Shown here: positions 16,827 through 25,732 of the stretch, in pieces
How positions within the stretch are numbered: the first letter of the stretch is position 1
How the letters are laid out: each line of letters opens with the position of its first letter
Assembly: GCA_013349285.1 (NCBI GenBank)
Contig: DUZU01000005.1
Coordinates: 19,772 to 83,771 of the forward strand
Length of the DNA: 64,000 nt
Direction of reading: 5' to 3'
Source of the DNA: Deltaproteobacteria bacterium
GTDB lineage: Bacteria; Desulfobacterota; Desulfobulbia; Desulfobulbales; Desulfurivibrionaceae
The notes under the pieces: model-generated
Databases searched by the model: none
What the model was told of the DNA's origin: nothing
What the model saw: the letters and a program-made list of their open reading frames with translations, nothing else
Position numbers and translations under genes: made by a program

Positions 16827-17332
16827 GTTTAGGACACCGCAGACAGGAAGCGTGAAAAATAGACGCAACGTGATTAATACCATGGGCTTTAATTTGCAAG
16901 GGCGCCGGCGGCGAAAAAGGCGAGATGTCCGGCTGGCTACCATTCGGCAGGGGCGCTCAACTATTTTCTCTCGCAAGGAACATTCTCTCCCATAAAAAAT
17001 ACAGTCAAAATTAAACCAAAATTCAGCCAGTTTATTTGGGGTGGGAATCAGATGTTACTCAGATTATTTTTGCCTGGATGTGCAGGCCGTTGAGCGATCA
17101 AGTTCTGTAAACACTTTTTGTCGAAACTTGTGTCGGTTGTGGCCGGGGGAGAGTTGTCTGTTGTCCGTGGATATTAGAGAATTGATCCTTGTTTATTCGT
17201 GCGCAGAGAATCGAGCTTGGCGGAGTAACTTTGCCAAAGGCCACATACATCGGTCCGGCAAGTTTGTCTGGAAATGTTGAGGTAAGTGAAAGTTTTTTAT
17301 GATCCCGGTCAGCGATTGAGGATGCCCCTTTT

Positions 17333-18634
17333 TTAAAAGGTTTTCATTGCACTCCCACCGCCGCCTACGGATAGACCATGGCCGTGACAACCAAAACAGC
17401 CGCCGATTTTGCCGGATTGATGCTCATAGGTTGCATGACATTTTTCGCAGACCCCGCGCTCGCACCAGTCGTTTCCGTTATCAATCACTCCGATATTACA
17501 ATTTTCAACGAGACTGTTATACCAGCCATTGATCTCTTTGCGGATAAGGTTGATGCCTATTTTTTGTGCGAGAACTGTGGCGTGTGGTTCATGGCAGTTG
17601 ACGCATGAAAGTACGTAGTTGGCCGGAGTATCCGGATTACTCACGCCGTCCCAGTATGGGGGTTTTACATAGCCGAAGTCTTGGGGGGAGCCGGCCAGAT
17701 TATTGTATCTCACCCCCTTGCCGTGTATGTCTGAATCCCAGTTGATTGCCTTGAGGTTTCCGCCCAGAGCGGTTGAATAGACCTGGTTTTGATGACAATC
17801 AAGGCAAAAGGTGACGTAGTCCGGCGTTTGTTCGGCGGTTGGCTCGAAGGTTGTGGTTGATTGATAACGATAGGGTGGTTGATAGGTATAAGCAGAGCTT
17901 GAGACGAAAGCGCTCATTCGTTCGTTATCGTCATCGCCCCAAAGGTTTTCGTGATCGGTCGGTCTTGATATCGAGGTAAGGGTTGGGTTGGTTGGGTCTG
18001 AGTTGTTTCTTTTTGCCAAATGCGGATTGTGACAGGCGACACATGGATTGGAGCTTTCTTTGAACCAGGTGAAGTTGTTTTTCGCATATACCCAGATGTC
18101 ATAGAGGTTATGGTAGGAAGGATCTGCTGGCGTTTGGTTGAACATGGCCAGTATGCTGTTCGCGCTCGGACCGGTATAGTCGCCAAAGGTTGTGGCGTAA
18201 TCGTTGTTGGTCACCGTTTGTATGGAGGCCGGAGAGTTGTGACAGGTAAAACAGATATTGGTGGCTTCGTCATATGGATTACCGGTGTAGGCGATGTCGA
18301 AATTGGTGGTGAACAGGGTGAAGGGCGAAGGGGTTGCCGGTTCGACGCCTTCGATCGAGGCATGCAGTTCATGGCAATTGGCGCAGTTGCCCTTGGCATA
18401 ATCGCCGTTGGGTGTGGCGGCGGTGCAGATATCCGGACGGCAGACCCCGATATCTAAGCTGCCATGGGCCGAATCACTGTATTTGGTGTCTGCGGCCCGG
18501 CTTGCAGTGATGGGCAATGCCAAGATAAGGGCGAGGATGGTCAGCGACAAAAAGATCAGGCGTTTATTGTGAAAAAGATAGGGTAAGGTAAACATGTATG
18601 ACCTTAATCTTGAAGAGATTATATGCATAATCAA
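17333..18634 (-). CDS. secreted or anchored heptahaem cytochrome c
   Basis: 433 aa with an N-terminal hydrophobic signal/anchor (LIFLSLTILALILALPITASRA). Seven CxxCH motifs: CANCH, CFTCH, CVACH, CLDCH, CVNCH, CEKCH and CFGCH. The true start may be the internal Met (MFTLPY...). Confidence 0.85.
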   Translation of the reverse strand: MIMHIISSRLRSYMFTLPYLFHNKRLIFLSLTILALILALPITASRAADTKYSDSAHGSLDIGVCRPDICTAATPNGDYAKGNCANCHELHASIEGVEPATPSPFTLFTTNFDIAYTGNPYDEATNICFTCHNSPASIQTVTNNDYATTFGDYTGPSANSILAMFNQTPADPSYHNLYDIWVYAKNNFTWFKESSNPCVACHNPHLAKRNNSDPTNPTLTSISRPTDHENLWGDDDNERMSAFVSSSAYTYQPPYRYQSTTTFEPTAEQTPDYVTFCLDCHQNQVYSTALGGNLKAINWDSDIHGKGVRYNNLAGSPQDFGYVKPPYWDGVSNPDTPANYVLSCVNCHEPHATVLAQKIGINLIRKEINGWYNSLVENCNIGVIDNGNDWCERGVCEKCHATYEHQSGKIGGCFGCHGHGLSVGGGGSAMKTF

Positions 18635-18825
18635 AAATGATTTTTTGATATTTAATAAAAAACTATTGTTTCATAATAATGTCATTTGGGTTTAGGGCAA
18701 GTATTTTTTATGATAGGCCTGGTGGTTTGGGGCATGTTATTTTCAAAGGACAAAGCTTGCCGGGGTGTGGTATGTTGATGTCGCGTGCTTTTTTCTCTTA
18801 ACATATTGAAATACAAGGATAAAAA

Positions 18826-20817
18826 TTGTTCGAGATCGAAACTTCCTTTGCCCCCTCCGGCGACCAGCCCAAAGCAATCGAGCAGTTGAGCCGCGGCATT
18901 GAGTCCGGCCTGCGGGAGCAGGTGCTCCTCGGGGTTACCGGTTCCGGGAAAACTTTTACCGTGGCCCAGGTCATTGCCGCCACCGGCCGGCCGGCCCTGG
19001 TAATGGCCCCGAACAAGACCCTGGCGGCCCAGCTTTATTCCGAATTTAAGGAGCTTTTTCCCCATAACGCGGTGGAGTACTTTGTAAGCTACTATGATTA
19101 TTATCAGCCCGAGGCCTATATCCCCCAGTCGGATACTTATATCGAAAAGGATTCGGCGATCAATGACACCATCGACAAGATGCGTCATTCCGCCACCCGC
19201 TCCCTGCTGACCCGCCGCGATGTGATCATCGTCGCCTCGGTTTCCTGTATCTATGGTTTGGGCTCGCCTGATGAGTACAAGAACATGCATCTCTTCCTGA
19301 AAAGGGATGAGGATTTTCCCTTGGAGGAGATGACCCGGCGGCTGGTCTATATGCTCTATGAACGTAACGATCTGTCCTTTCATCGGGGGACCTTTCGGGT
19401 GCGGGGGGATGTTCTGGAGATTTTTCCGGTCTACGAGGAGGATCGGGCGGTTCGGGTCGAGCTGTTCGGCGATAACATCGAAGCGATCAGTATTATCGAT
19501 CCGTTGCGGGGCAAGGTGCTTGAGCGCCTGGACGAGCTTACCCTTTTCCCGGGCAGCCATTTTGTTACCTCCAAAGATAGATTGCAAAAGGCCTGCGCCA
19601 CCATCAAAGAAGAACTTGCCGATCGGCTTGACTATTTCGCCGCCAACAACCGGTTGCTTGAGGCCCAGCGCCTTGAGCAACGGACCATGTTCGACCTGGA
19701 GATGATGCAGGAGTTGGGTTATTGCAACGGGATCGAAAATTACAGCCGCCATTTTACCGGGCTGGCTCCCGGAGAGCCGCCCCCGACCCTGCTAGATTAT
19801 TTCCCCCCTGATTTTGTTCTGTTCGCCGACGAGAGTCATGTGACCATTCCCCAGGTGCGGGGGATGTATCGCGGGGATCGGTCCCGCAAGCAGACCCTGA
19901 CCGAATTCGGGTTTCGCCTGCCTTCGGCCCTGGATAACCGGCCTTTGATGTTTGAGGAATTTGATACCCGGATTAATCAGGCCGTATATGTTTCCGCCAC
20001 CCCCGGGGATTTTGAAATGGAACGGGCCCAAGGCCGGGTGGTGGAGCAGATTATCCGGCCCACCGGGTTGATGGACCCGGCCATCGAGGTGCGGCCCGCC
20101 ACCAATCAGGTGGATGATCTGCTGGAAGAGATTCGGTTGCGGGCCGAGGTCGGCGAGGCGGTGTTGGTCACCACCCTGACCAAGCGGATGGCCGAGGATC
20201 TTACCGAGTATTATGAAAAGCTCGGGGTGCAGGTGCGTTATCTTCATTCCGATATCAAGACCCTGCAAAGGATGGAGTTGATCCGGGATCTCAGGAGGGG
20301 TGATTATCAGGTGCTGGTGGGGATCAACCTCTTGCGCGAGGGGCTGGATATCCCGGAGGTCTCATTGGTGGCGGTGCTGGATGCCGACAAGGAGGGTTTT
20401 TTGCGCAGTGAGCGCTCCTTGATTCAGACCTGTGGCCGGGCGGCCCGCAATGTCCAGGGCAAGGTCATCCTCTATGGTGATGTGATCACCGGCTCCATGC
20501 GGCAGACCATCGAGGTGACGGCCAGGCGACGGCAGATCCAGGCGGCCTATAATGAAGAGCACGGCATTACTCCCCGGACCATCAAGTCGAGTATTAAGGA
20601 TATTATGGAGACCGTCTATGAGCAGGATTATGTGACGGTCGAGTTGGCGGCGGCGGAATCCGCCCCGGTGTTTAAAAATCTTGGTGAACTGCGCTCGGAA
20701 ATGAAAGAGTTGGAAAAAGAGATGCTGGCTGCGGCCAGGGAACTGGCCTTTGAAGATGCGGCCCGGTTGCGGGATCAACTGAAAAAATTAAAGGAAATGG
20801 AACTGCAATGGCTATAA
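18826..20817 (+). CDS. uvrB: excinuclease ABC subunit B
   Basis: 663 aa with PSGDQPKAI, Walker [13 protein letters not shown], helicase motifs and a C-terminal UVR domain ([11 protein letters not shown]). Confidence 0.95.
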   Translation: MFEIETSFAPSGDQPKAIEQLSRGIESGLREQVLLGVTGSGKTFTVAQVIAATGRPALVMAPNKTLAAQLYSEFKELFPHNAVEYFVSYYDYYQPEAYIPQSDTYIEKDSAINDTIDKMRHSATRSLLTRRDVIIVASVSCIYGLGSPDEYKNMHLFLKRDEDFPLEEMTRRLVYMLYERNDLSFHRGTFRVRGDVLEIFPVYEEDRAVRVELFGDNIEAISIIDPLRGKVLERLDELTLFPGSHFVTSKDRLQKACATIKEELADRLDYFAANNRLLEAQRLEQRTMFDLEMMQELGYCNGIENYSRHFTGLAPGEPPPTLLDYFPPDFVLFADESHVTIPQVRGMYRGDRSRKQTLTEFGFRLPSALDNRPLMFEEFDTRINQAVYVSATPGDFEMERAQGRVVEQIIRPTGLMDPAIEVRPATNQVDDLLEEIRLRAEVGEAVLVTTLTKRMAEDLTEYYEKLGVQVRYLHSDIKTLQRMELIRDLRRGDYQVLVGINLLREGLDIPEVSLVAVLDADKEGFLRSERSLIQTCGRAARNVQGKVILYGDVITGSMRQTIEVTARRRQIQAAYNEEHGITPRTIKSSIKDIMETVYEQDYVTVELAAAESAPVFKNLGELRSEMKELEKEMLAAARELAFEDAARLRDQLKKLKEMELQWL

Positions 20818-21497
20818 AAGATGGGTGGCGGTATCGGCTGACTCTGGCCATCGCGCCATATATTTATAGAATCGTGTCCCGGCTGCTTTTCGCCACCTGC
20901 AGGGTGGAGGACCATGGCGGGGCGAATATGGCCGGGCTTGAGAAGGGCGGCCGACCCTTTATCGCCGCCTTCTGGCATTACTCCATTTTTTATGTGGTGC
21001 ACCGCTCCCGGGGCAAGCGCTGGGTGGCCATGGTCAGTGCCAGCAAGGACGGCGAGTATATCTCGCGGATATTACAGGGCATGGGCTATGAAACGGTGCG
21101 GGGGTCAAAGGGCAAGGGCGGTCTTGGCGCTCTGCGGGGAATGGTCGCCGCGGTACGCAACAAAGGGCTGAATGCGGCCATTGTCGCCGATGGTTCCCAG
21201 GGGCCGGCCCGCGAGGTGCAGGCCGGGGTAATTCTGTTGGCCGCCAAGACCGGAGCGCCGATTCTGCCGGTGGCCTGGGCCGCCGACCGCTATCTTGTTT
21301 TTCGCAGCTGGGATCGGACGGTGCTGCCCAAGCCCTTTGCCAAGATTAAGATGTATTATGGCGCACCGCTACGGGTGCCGGAAAAGTTGAGCGCGGAAGA
21401 GCTTGAGGCGCAACGGTTGCTGCTGGAGCAGCGGCTTAATGAGTTATATGCAAAAGCCTGGCAGGGGTTTGGTTCGGCCGGCCATGCCTGCGATTAG
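20808..21497 (+). CDS. DUF374-domain protein (lysophospholipid acyltransferase-related)
   Basis: 229 aa. FWHYSIFY...[30 protein letters not shown] is characteristic of DUF374. Overlaps the uvrB end by 10 nt. Confidence 0.75.
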   Translation: MAIKDGWRYRLTLAIAPYIYRIVSRLLFATCRVEDHGGANMAGLEKGGRPFIAAFWHYSIFYVVHRSRGKRWVAMVSASKDGEYISRILQGMGYETVRGSKGKGGLGALRGMVAAVRNKGLNAAIVADGSQGPAREVQAGVILLAAKTGAPILPVAWAADRYLVFRSWDRTVLPKPFAKIKMYYGAPLRVPEKLSAEELEAQRLLLEQRLNELYAKAWQGFGSAGHACD

Positions 21498-21524
21498 GTT
21501 GTTCGTTGCCCGGGAAAGCGCAAC

Positions 21525-21563
21525 GGCGCCGGAGTGATTGGTCTCCGGCGCCGTTTGTGTTTT
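21525..21563 (+). terminator. intrinsic terminator after the DUF374 gene
   Basis: Perfect 10-bp stem ggcgccggag / ctccggcgcc with an 8-nt loop, followed by GTTTGTGTTTT. Confidence 0.65.
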
Positions 21564-21599
21564 CATGCGAAGCTCCCACCTGGGAGCGGATGATTAATA

Positions 21600-22001
21600 T
21601 CAGGCGCTGTCATTTTTATCCTGACTATAGGCCGCAAATCGATAGAGGTAGTCGTTAAGTTTGAGTTGCTGGTCAAGGGTCATGCTCTCCCATTGACCAT
21701 CTTTGGCGCATTTTACTTTATGCTGGGCAAAGACTCGGTTCCATCCTTTTGATGTTTTTGATTCCACATGGAGAAATTTCGCGCCTTCACTGTTGTCACG
21801 GGAATGACACTTCTTGCATACCTCTCTGAAGAGCTTGCCGCCCTCGCCCCATGGTCGGCTGGCCCATTCAAGTTGCGGATTTGTTAAATCCCGGCATGAT
21901 TTGCTCGTGTAATCGTAGCGATGTTTGGGGCTTGCCGTTGCCAGGGAAACAAAGGTTAACGAAGTTAATAGTAGCAGAACGGCCATAACTTTTATTTTCA
22001 T
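21600..22001 (-). CDS. small periplasmic monohaem cytochrome c-like protein
   Basis: 133 aa with a signal peptide (MKIKVMAVLLLLTSLTFVSLATA) and a single CKKCH motif. Confidence 0.6.
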   Translation of the reverse strand: MKIKVMAVLLLLTSLTFVSLATASPKHRYDYTSKSCRDLTNPQLEWASRPWGEGGKLFREVCKKCHSRDNSEGAKFLHVESKTSKGWNRVFAQHKVKCAKDGQWESMTLDQQLKLNDYLYRFAAYSQDKNDSA

Positions 22002-22151
22002 GGGATCTCCTTTAGTAAACCCTGTTCTTAATGGTTACATCGTTGCACCTCTTGATTATTTACTGTATCTATCAATAGGATTGAGCGGAAGAGTCAGATA
22101 CGACACAATTGGGTGGTGATTGCGTCAGATAAAAACAAAGGAGAGGTTTGG

Positions 22152-23144
22152 ATGCGACGAGTTACAATTTTGGCCCTTGATGATGCGGCGGCGACCACCA
22201 TTACCGGCCCCTATGATACCTTTTGCCTGACAGGTGTCCTGTGGAATCTCGGGCAAGGCCAGGATATTGTTCCGGAATTCAAGGTGGAGATTGTTACTCC
22301 CACCGGCGCCCCGGCCCGCTGCATGAACAATCTGACGATTATGGCGCACCGGGCCATGACTGAAGTGCGGGAAACGGATTTGATTTTGGTTTCTGCGGTA
22401 CTCGACATTCATCAAACACTGGCTCGGCAGGGAGAAATTATTGAGTGGCTAAAAGAGCGCTACCGGGCCGGGGCAATGCTGGCTTCGGTTTGTACCGGTT
22501 CGTTTGCCCTGGCGGAAACAGGTTTGTTGGATGGCAAGATCGCTACCACCCATTGGCGAGCCGCCGATGAATTCAAGGCCCTCTACCCCAAGGTCCAATT
22601 AAAGCCGGAGCGGTTGATCACCGATGCCGGTGATATCTTTTGCTCCGGAGGCTTTAATTCGTCGATAGATCTTGCCAATTATTTGGTTGAGAAGATGTGT
22701 GGCCGAGAAACGGCTATTCAATGTGCAAAATCACTGGTTGTCGATCGGGGCAGGGTTTCCCAGACGCCATATTCGGTGTTTAATTTCCAGCGAGAGCACC
22801 ATGATGAACAAATTCTCAAGATTCAGAATCGTCTGGAAACGGACTTTAATAAAGATATCGATCTTGAACAGTTGGCGCAAAGGTACGGGATGGGACGGCG
22901 AACGATGGAACGCAGGTTTAAGGCCTCTACCGGCGACACCCCGCTCATGTATCTGCAAAGGGTCAGGGTGGAAGCGGCAAAGCAAAAACTGGAGTCGAAC
23001 AAGATGACCTTTGACGAGATCAGCTATCAAGTCGGTTATGAAGACACCTCTTTTTTCCGTAAAATTTTTATTAAACATACGACCATGCGGCCCATTGAAT
23101 ATCGGGCCAAATTTATGAAGATGGTTGATTTCGGCGCGCAGTAA
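22152..23144 (+). CDS. GlxA-family transcriptional regulator (DJ-1/PfpI-like domain + AraC HTH)
   Basis: ATG at 22152 is preceded by AAAGGAGAGG. N-terminal class-I amidotransferase-like fold (SVCTGSFALA). C-terminal AraC-type double HTH (YLQRVRVEAAKQKL, VGYEDTSFFRKIF). Confidence 0.85.
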   Translation: MRRVTILALDDAAATTITGPYDTFCLTGVLWNLGQGQDIVPEFKVEIVTPTGAPARCMNNLTIMAHRAMTEVRETDLILVSAVLDIHQTLARQGEIIEWLKERYRAGAMLASVCTGSFALAETGLLDGKIATTHWRAADEFKALYPKVQLKPERLITDAGDIFCSGGFNSSIDLANYLVEKMCGRETAIQCAKSLVVDRGRVSQTPYSVFNFQREHHDEQILKIQNRLETDFNKDIDLEQLAQRYGMGRRTMERRFKASTGDTPLMYLQRVRVEAAKQKLESNKMTFDEISYQVGYEDTSFFRKIFIKHTTMRPIEYRAKFMKMVDFGAQ

Positions 23145-23243
23145 TAGGGGGGCTTGCTTGTTTTTTGAGTTTTGCGCAATCGCAAAAGGCAAGGGGCCGG
23201 CAGGAGTAAGTGTCGGGTGAGGGTTGTCCGATTTGCAAAGAAA

Positions 23244-23285
23244 TAAAAAAAAGGATGGAAGGCAATTGCCCCCATCCTTTTTTTA
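23244..23285. terminator. bidirectional intrinsic terminator (araC-like / adk)
   Basis: Stem aaggatgg...ccatcctt with the inner palindrome ggcaattgcc. Flanked by an A-run (23244-23252) and a T-run (23278-23285). Confidence 0.75.
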
Positions 23286-23312
23286 TTGGTAAGACTTAAA
23301 AAAAACTGCAGC

Positions 23313-23993
23313 TTATTTGATTTCTTTCATGATCGCATCGCTTACTTCGGAAATGGAAGAACGACCATCGACGGAGATAACCTTGGTGCTGCCGCCCAGG
23401 CCTTTGAAGAAATTCACGGCCGCCATGGTGCCGGTGTTGTCGTCGTAGTAGATGTCGTGGCGCTTGTCGATGGCAACGTCATCCTGATCATCGGCGCGGG
23501 TGTTGAGGTCGCCGCCGCAAACCCGGCACACCAGTTTGCCGTCTTTTTCAACGGGCTTGATGGCATCAAAGGCGATGTGGTTGGGGTGGTTGTTGTCGTT
23601 AACGCAGAGGCGGCGGCCGGTGATCCGGATTTTGGCAATGTCGCGGGGCAGGACGATTTCGACAACATAGTCGAGGTTCATGCCTTCGTCTGTTAAGGCT
23701 TTGGCCAGGGTTTCGCCCTGTACCTTGTTGCGCGGGAAGCCGTCCAGGATCCAGCCGTTCTTGCAGTCATCCTCTTTCAGGCGATTGAGGATCATCGGGA
23801 TGGTGATGTTGTCCGGCACCAGATCACCACGGTCGATGTATTCCTTGGCCTGCTTGCCAAGTTCGGTGCCGCCGCCGATGTTCACCCGGAAGATGGCGCC
23901 TGATTCAATGTGGGGGCAGTTATTTTTTTTCTGGATAATGGCACCCTGGGTGCCTTTGCCGCTACCGTTCGGACCGAAAACCAAGATATTCAT
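23313..23993 (-). CDS. adk: adenylate kinase
   Basis: 226 aa. P-loop MNILVFGPNGSGKGTQG, the LDGFPR motif and a LID segment containing CRVCGG. Confidence 0.95.
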   Translation of the reverse strand: MNILVFGPNGSGKGTQGAIIQKKNNCPHIESGAIFRVNIGGGTELGKQAKEYIDRGDLVPDNITIPMILNRLKEDDCKNGWILDGFPRNKVQGETLAKALTDEGMNLDYVVEIVLPRDIAKIRITGRRLCVNDNNHPNHIAFDAIKPVEKDGKLVCRVCGGDLNTRADDQDDVAIDKRHDIYYDDNTGTMAAVNFFKGLGGSTKVISVDGRSSISEVSDAIMKEIK

Positions 23994-24255
23994 AACGCTA
24001 CTCCTTTTATAAAAGTTTCATTCCATTTAGGCGGAATAATGTGTTGGCGAGTAGGGGGGTGTCCTGGTGCGGGCGTGATTGAATCCGGTTGGCACTAAGA
24101 CAAGTCGACTATAATCCAATTGGTGGGCAATGCCAATAAAATATCTGTGAAAATGGCGTGGGGCGGGCTGGGTGTTGCTTGGCGCGGATCTAACGCAAGA
24201 AATGAGGGGCTTAGTTTGGTAAAGGCGAATAGTAAACGTTATTGCCGTCTCCGGC

Positions 24256-24372
24256 CTAAGCCGCATTATGGGTTACGCAGAATTCTTTTACCAGAAGGTT
24301 GCGGGCAACAAGTTCCAGGCGAAAATAAAAAGGACTTTGCATCAGGATGCGGATGGCTTTTCTAGGGGTCAT
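24256..24372 (-). CDS. possible 38-aa small ORF, not in the ORF track
   Basis: Manual translation gives MTPRKAIRILMQSPFYFRLELVARNLLVKEFCVTHNAA*. Strong SD GAGGTG 6 nt upstream of the ATG. No family recognised. Confidence 0.3.
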   Translation of the reverse strand: MTPRKAIRILMQSPFYFRLELVARNLLVKEFCVTHNAA

Positions 24373-24467
24373 AACATTCACCTCTTAGGGTTAATGTTTA
24401 TCGCTGCTTTTTCTTGCCATTTGCTAATCTCATCGGGATTTATCTCGCAAAACTTGATTCTTAATTG

Positions 24468-24485
24468 GCCTTGGCCGGCCAAGGC
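24468..24485. repeat. 18-bp perfect palindrome
   Basis: gccttggcc|ggccaaggc, located in the 600-bp gene-poor gap between adk and the K+ channel gene. Confidence 0.7.
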
Positions 24486-24619
24486 ATGTTCAGAGAAGAT
24501 TTTTGACTGTTCATTGCCCTTGACCTTTGATAATATTGGAAAAATACCAACAAGTATGGTTTAAGTAATAAATTCGGAATAATTTTTTTTTTATCAGTTT
24601 CATCAGGCAATGTGGCGGT

Positions 24620-25618
24620 ATGACCTCTTCCAGAAATAAAGTTTTTTTTAGTTTCCTGATGCTGGCTCTCATTCTCGTGGTCGGCACCGGAGGGTACATG
24701 TTGATTGAGGGGGCTTCCTTTTTGGACAGCCTTTTCATGGCGGTTATTACCATTACCACCGTGGGCTACGAAGAGGTTTTTAAGCTCAGTGCCGGGGGTA
24801 AGTATTTTACGATTTTTTTGATTCTGATCGGGGTCGGCTATGTTTTGTACATGATCGGGGAAGTGACCGAGACCATGGTGGAAGGCGGGATGAGGAGAAT
24901 TCTGGGGAGAAATAATATGCAGAAAAAGGTGGCGGAATTAAAAGATCACTATATCGTTTGCGGATTCGGCCGCATCGGCAAGGTGATCTGTAAAAATTTA
25001 AAGGACCATCGACTCCCCTTTGTGGTCATTGAAAACTCGCCGGATGAGATTCAGAAGATTGATGAGCTCGGTTATCTCTCTTTGGCCGGCAATGCATCGA
25101 CGGATGACATGTTGATCAAGGCCGGGATTAAAGAAGCCCGCGGCCTGATCGCCGTGGTCTCCTCGGATGCGGAAAACGTTTATATAATCTTGTCGGCCAA
25201 AGGCATAAATCCCAACCTTTTTGTCATGGCCCGTTCCAGCGGCGACGACGGTTCCGAGACCAAACTGCTCCGGGCCGGGGCCGACAAGGTGATCTCGCCC
25301 TATTATATCGGCGCCTGTCGCATGGCTCAGCTGGTGGTCCGCCCCACGGTGGTTGATTTTCTCGACCTGGCGGTGCATGGCGGGGAGTTGGGGCTCAGGA
25401 TGGAAGAGCTGCGGGTTTCCGGCCAATCCTCCCTGGCCAATGTCAGGCTCATGGATTCCGGACTTCGCAAGCAGTATGATCTTATTGTGGTGGCCATCAA
25501 GCGGGAGCATGGCGAAATGTTGTTCAACCCCAACCCGCAGGCGCTTATTCTGCCGGGCGATATCTTGATCGTCCTTGGTGATCATCAACATATTATCGAA
25601 CTTGAAAAACATTTGTAA
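24620..25618 (+). CDS. two-TM cation channel with RCK (TrkA-N/TrkA-C) gating domain, non-canonical filter TVGYE
   Basis: TM1, a pore helix plus filter (ITITTVGYEEV), then TM2. Followed by a Rossmann GFGRIGK RCK domain and a TrkA-C-like tail. Confidence 0.85.
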   Translation: MTSSRNKVFFSFLMLALILVVGTGGYMLIEGASFLDSLFMAVITITTVGYEEVFKLSAGGKYFTIFLILIGVGYVLYMIGEVTETMVEGGMRRILGRNNMQKKVAELKDHYIVCGFGRIGKVICKNLKDHRLPFVVIENSPDEIQKIDELGYLSLAGNASTDDMLIKAGIKEARGLIAVVSSDAENVYIILSAKGINPNLFVMARSSGDDGSETKLLRAGADKVISPYYIGACRMAQLVVRPTVVDFLDLAVHGGELGLRMEELRVSGQSSLANVRLMDSGLRKQYDLIVVAIKREHGEMLFNPNPQALILPGDILIVLGDHQHIIELEKHL

Positions 25619-25732
25619 GTTGAGGTAACATAAAAAAAGAGCACAACTTACAGATTTATTTAAAAAAACCGATATGCCGATAATCAATGTTTATGATGGT
25701 TGATTTTTAGTTGATCTGTTCCCGGGCGGTGG

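Noticed and set aside
17041-17390. ORFs 17041-17280 (+) and 17193-17390 (-) in the convergent gap.
   Set aside because: They have no SD, are Cys/Arg/Trp-rich, overlap each other and overlap the cytochrome 3' end.
17333-18634. The heptahaem cytochrome interpreted as an MccA/SirA-type octahaem sulfite reductase partnered with the NrfCD-like genes.
   Set aside because: At 433 aa it is much shorter than those enzymes. I see only seven CxxCH motifs and no long-spaced CX(n)CH motif. It is also convergent with the NrfCD operon and not co-transcribed.
18635-18825. An SOS (LexA) box upstream of uvrB.
   Set aside because: I scanned for CTGT-N8-ACAG and for a GGTT...ACC-type motif and found neither.
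24000-24619. tRNA, tmRNA, SRP RNA or 6S RNA in the large adk / K-channel gap. The other gaps (4860-5179, 6574-6918, 16830-17332) were checked too.
   Set aside because: I could find no cloverleaf-compatible acceptor/T-arm pairing, no tmRNA GGGG...CCA ends and no SRP GGAAGCAGCC-type motif by eye. A covariance-model scan would be needed to be sure.
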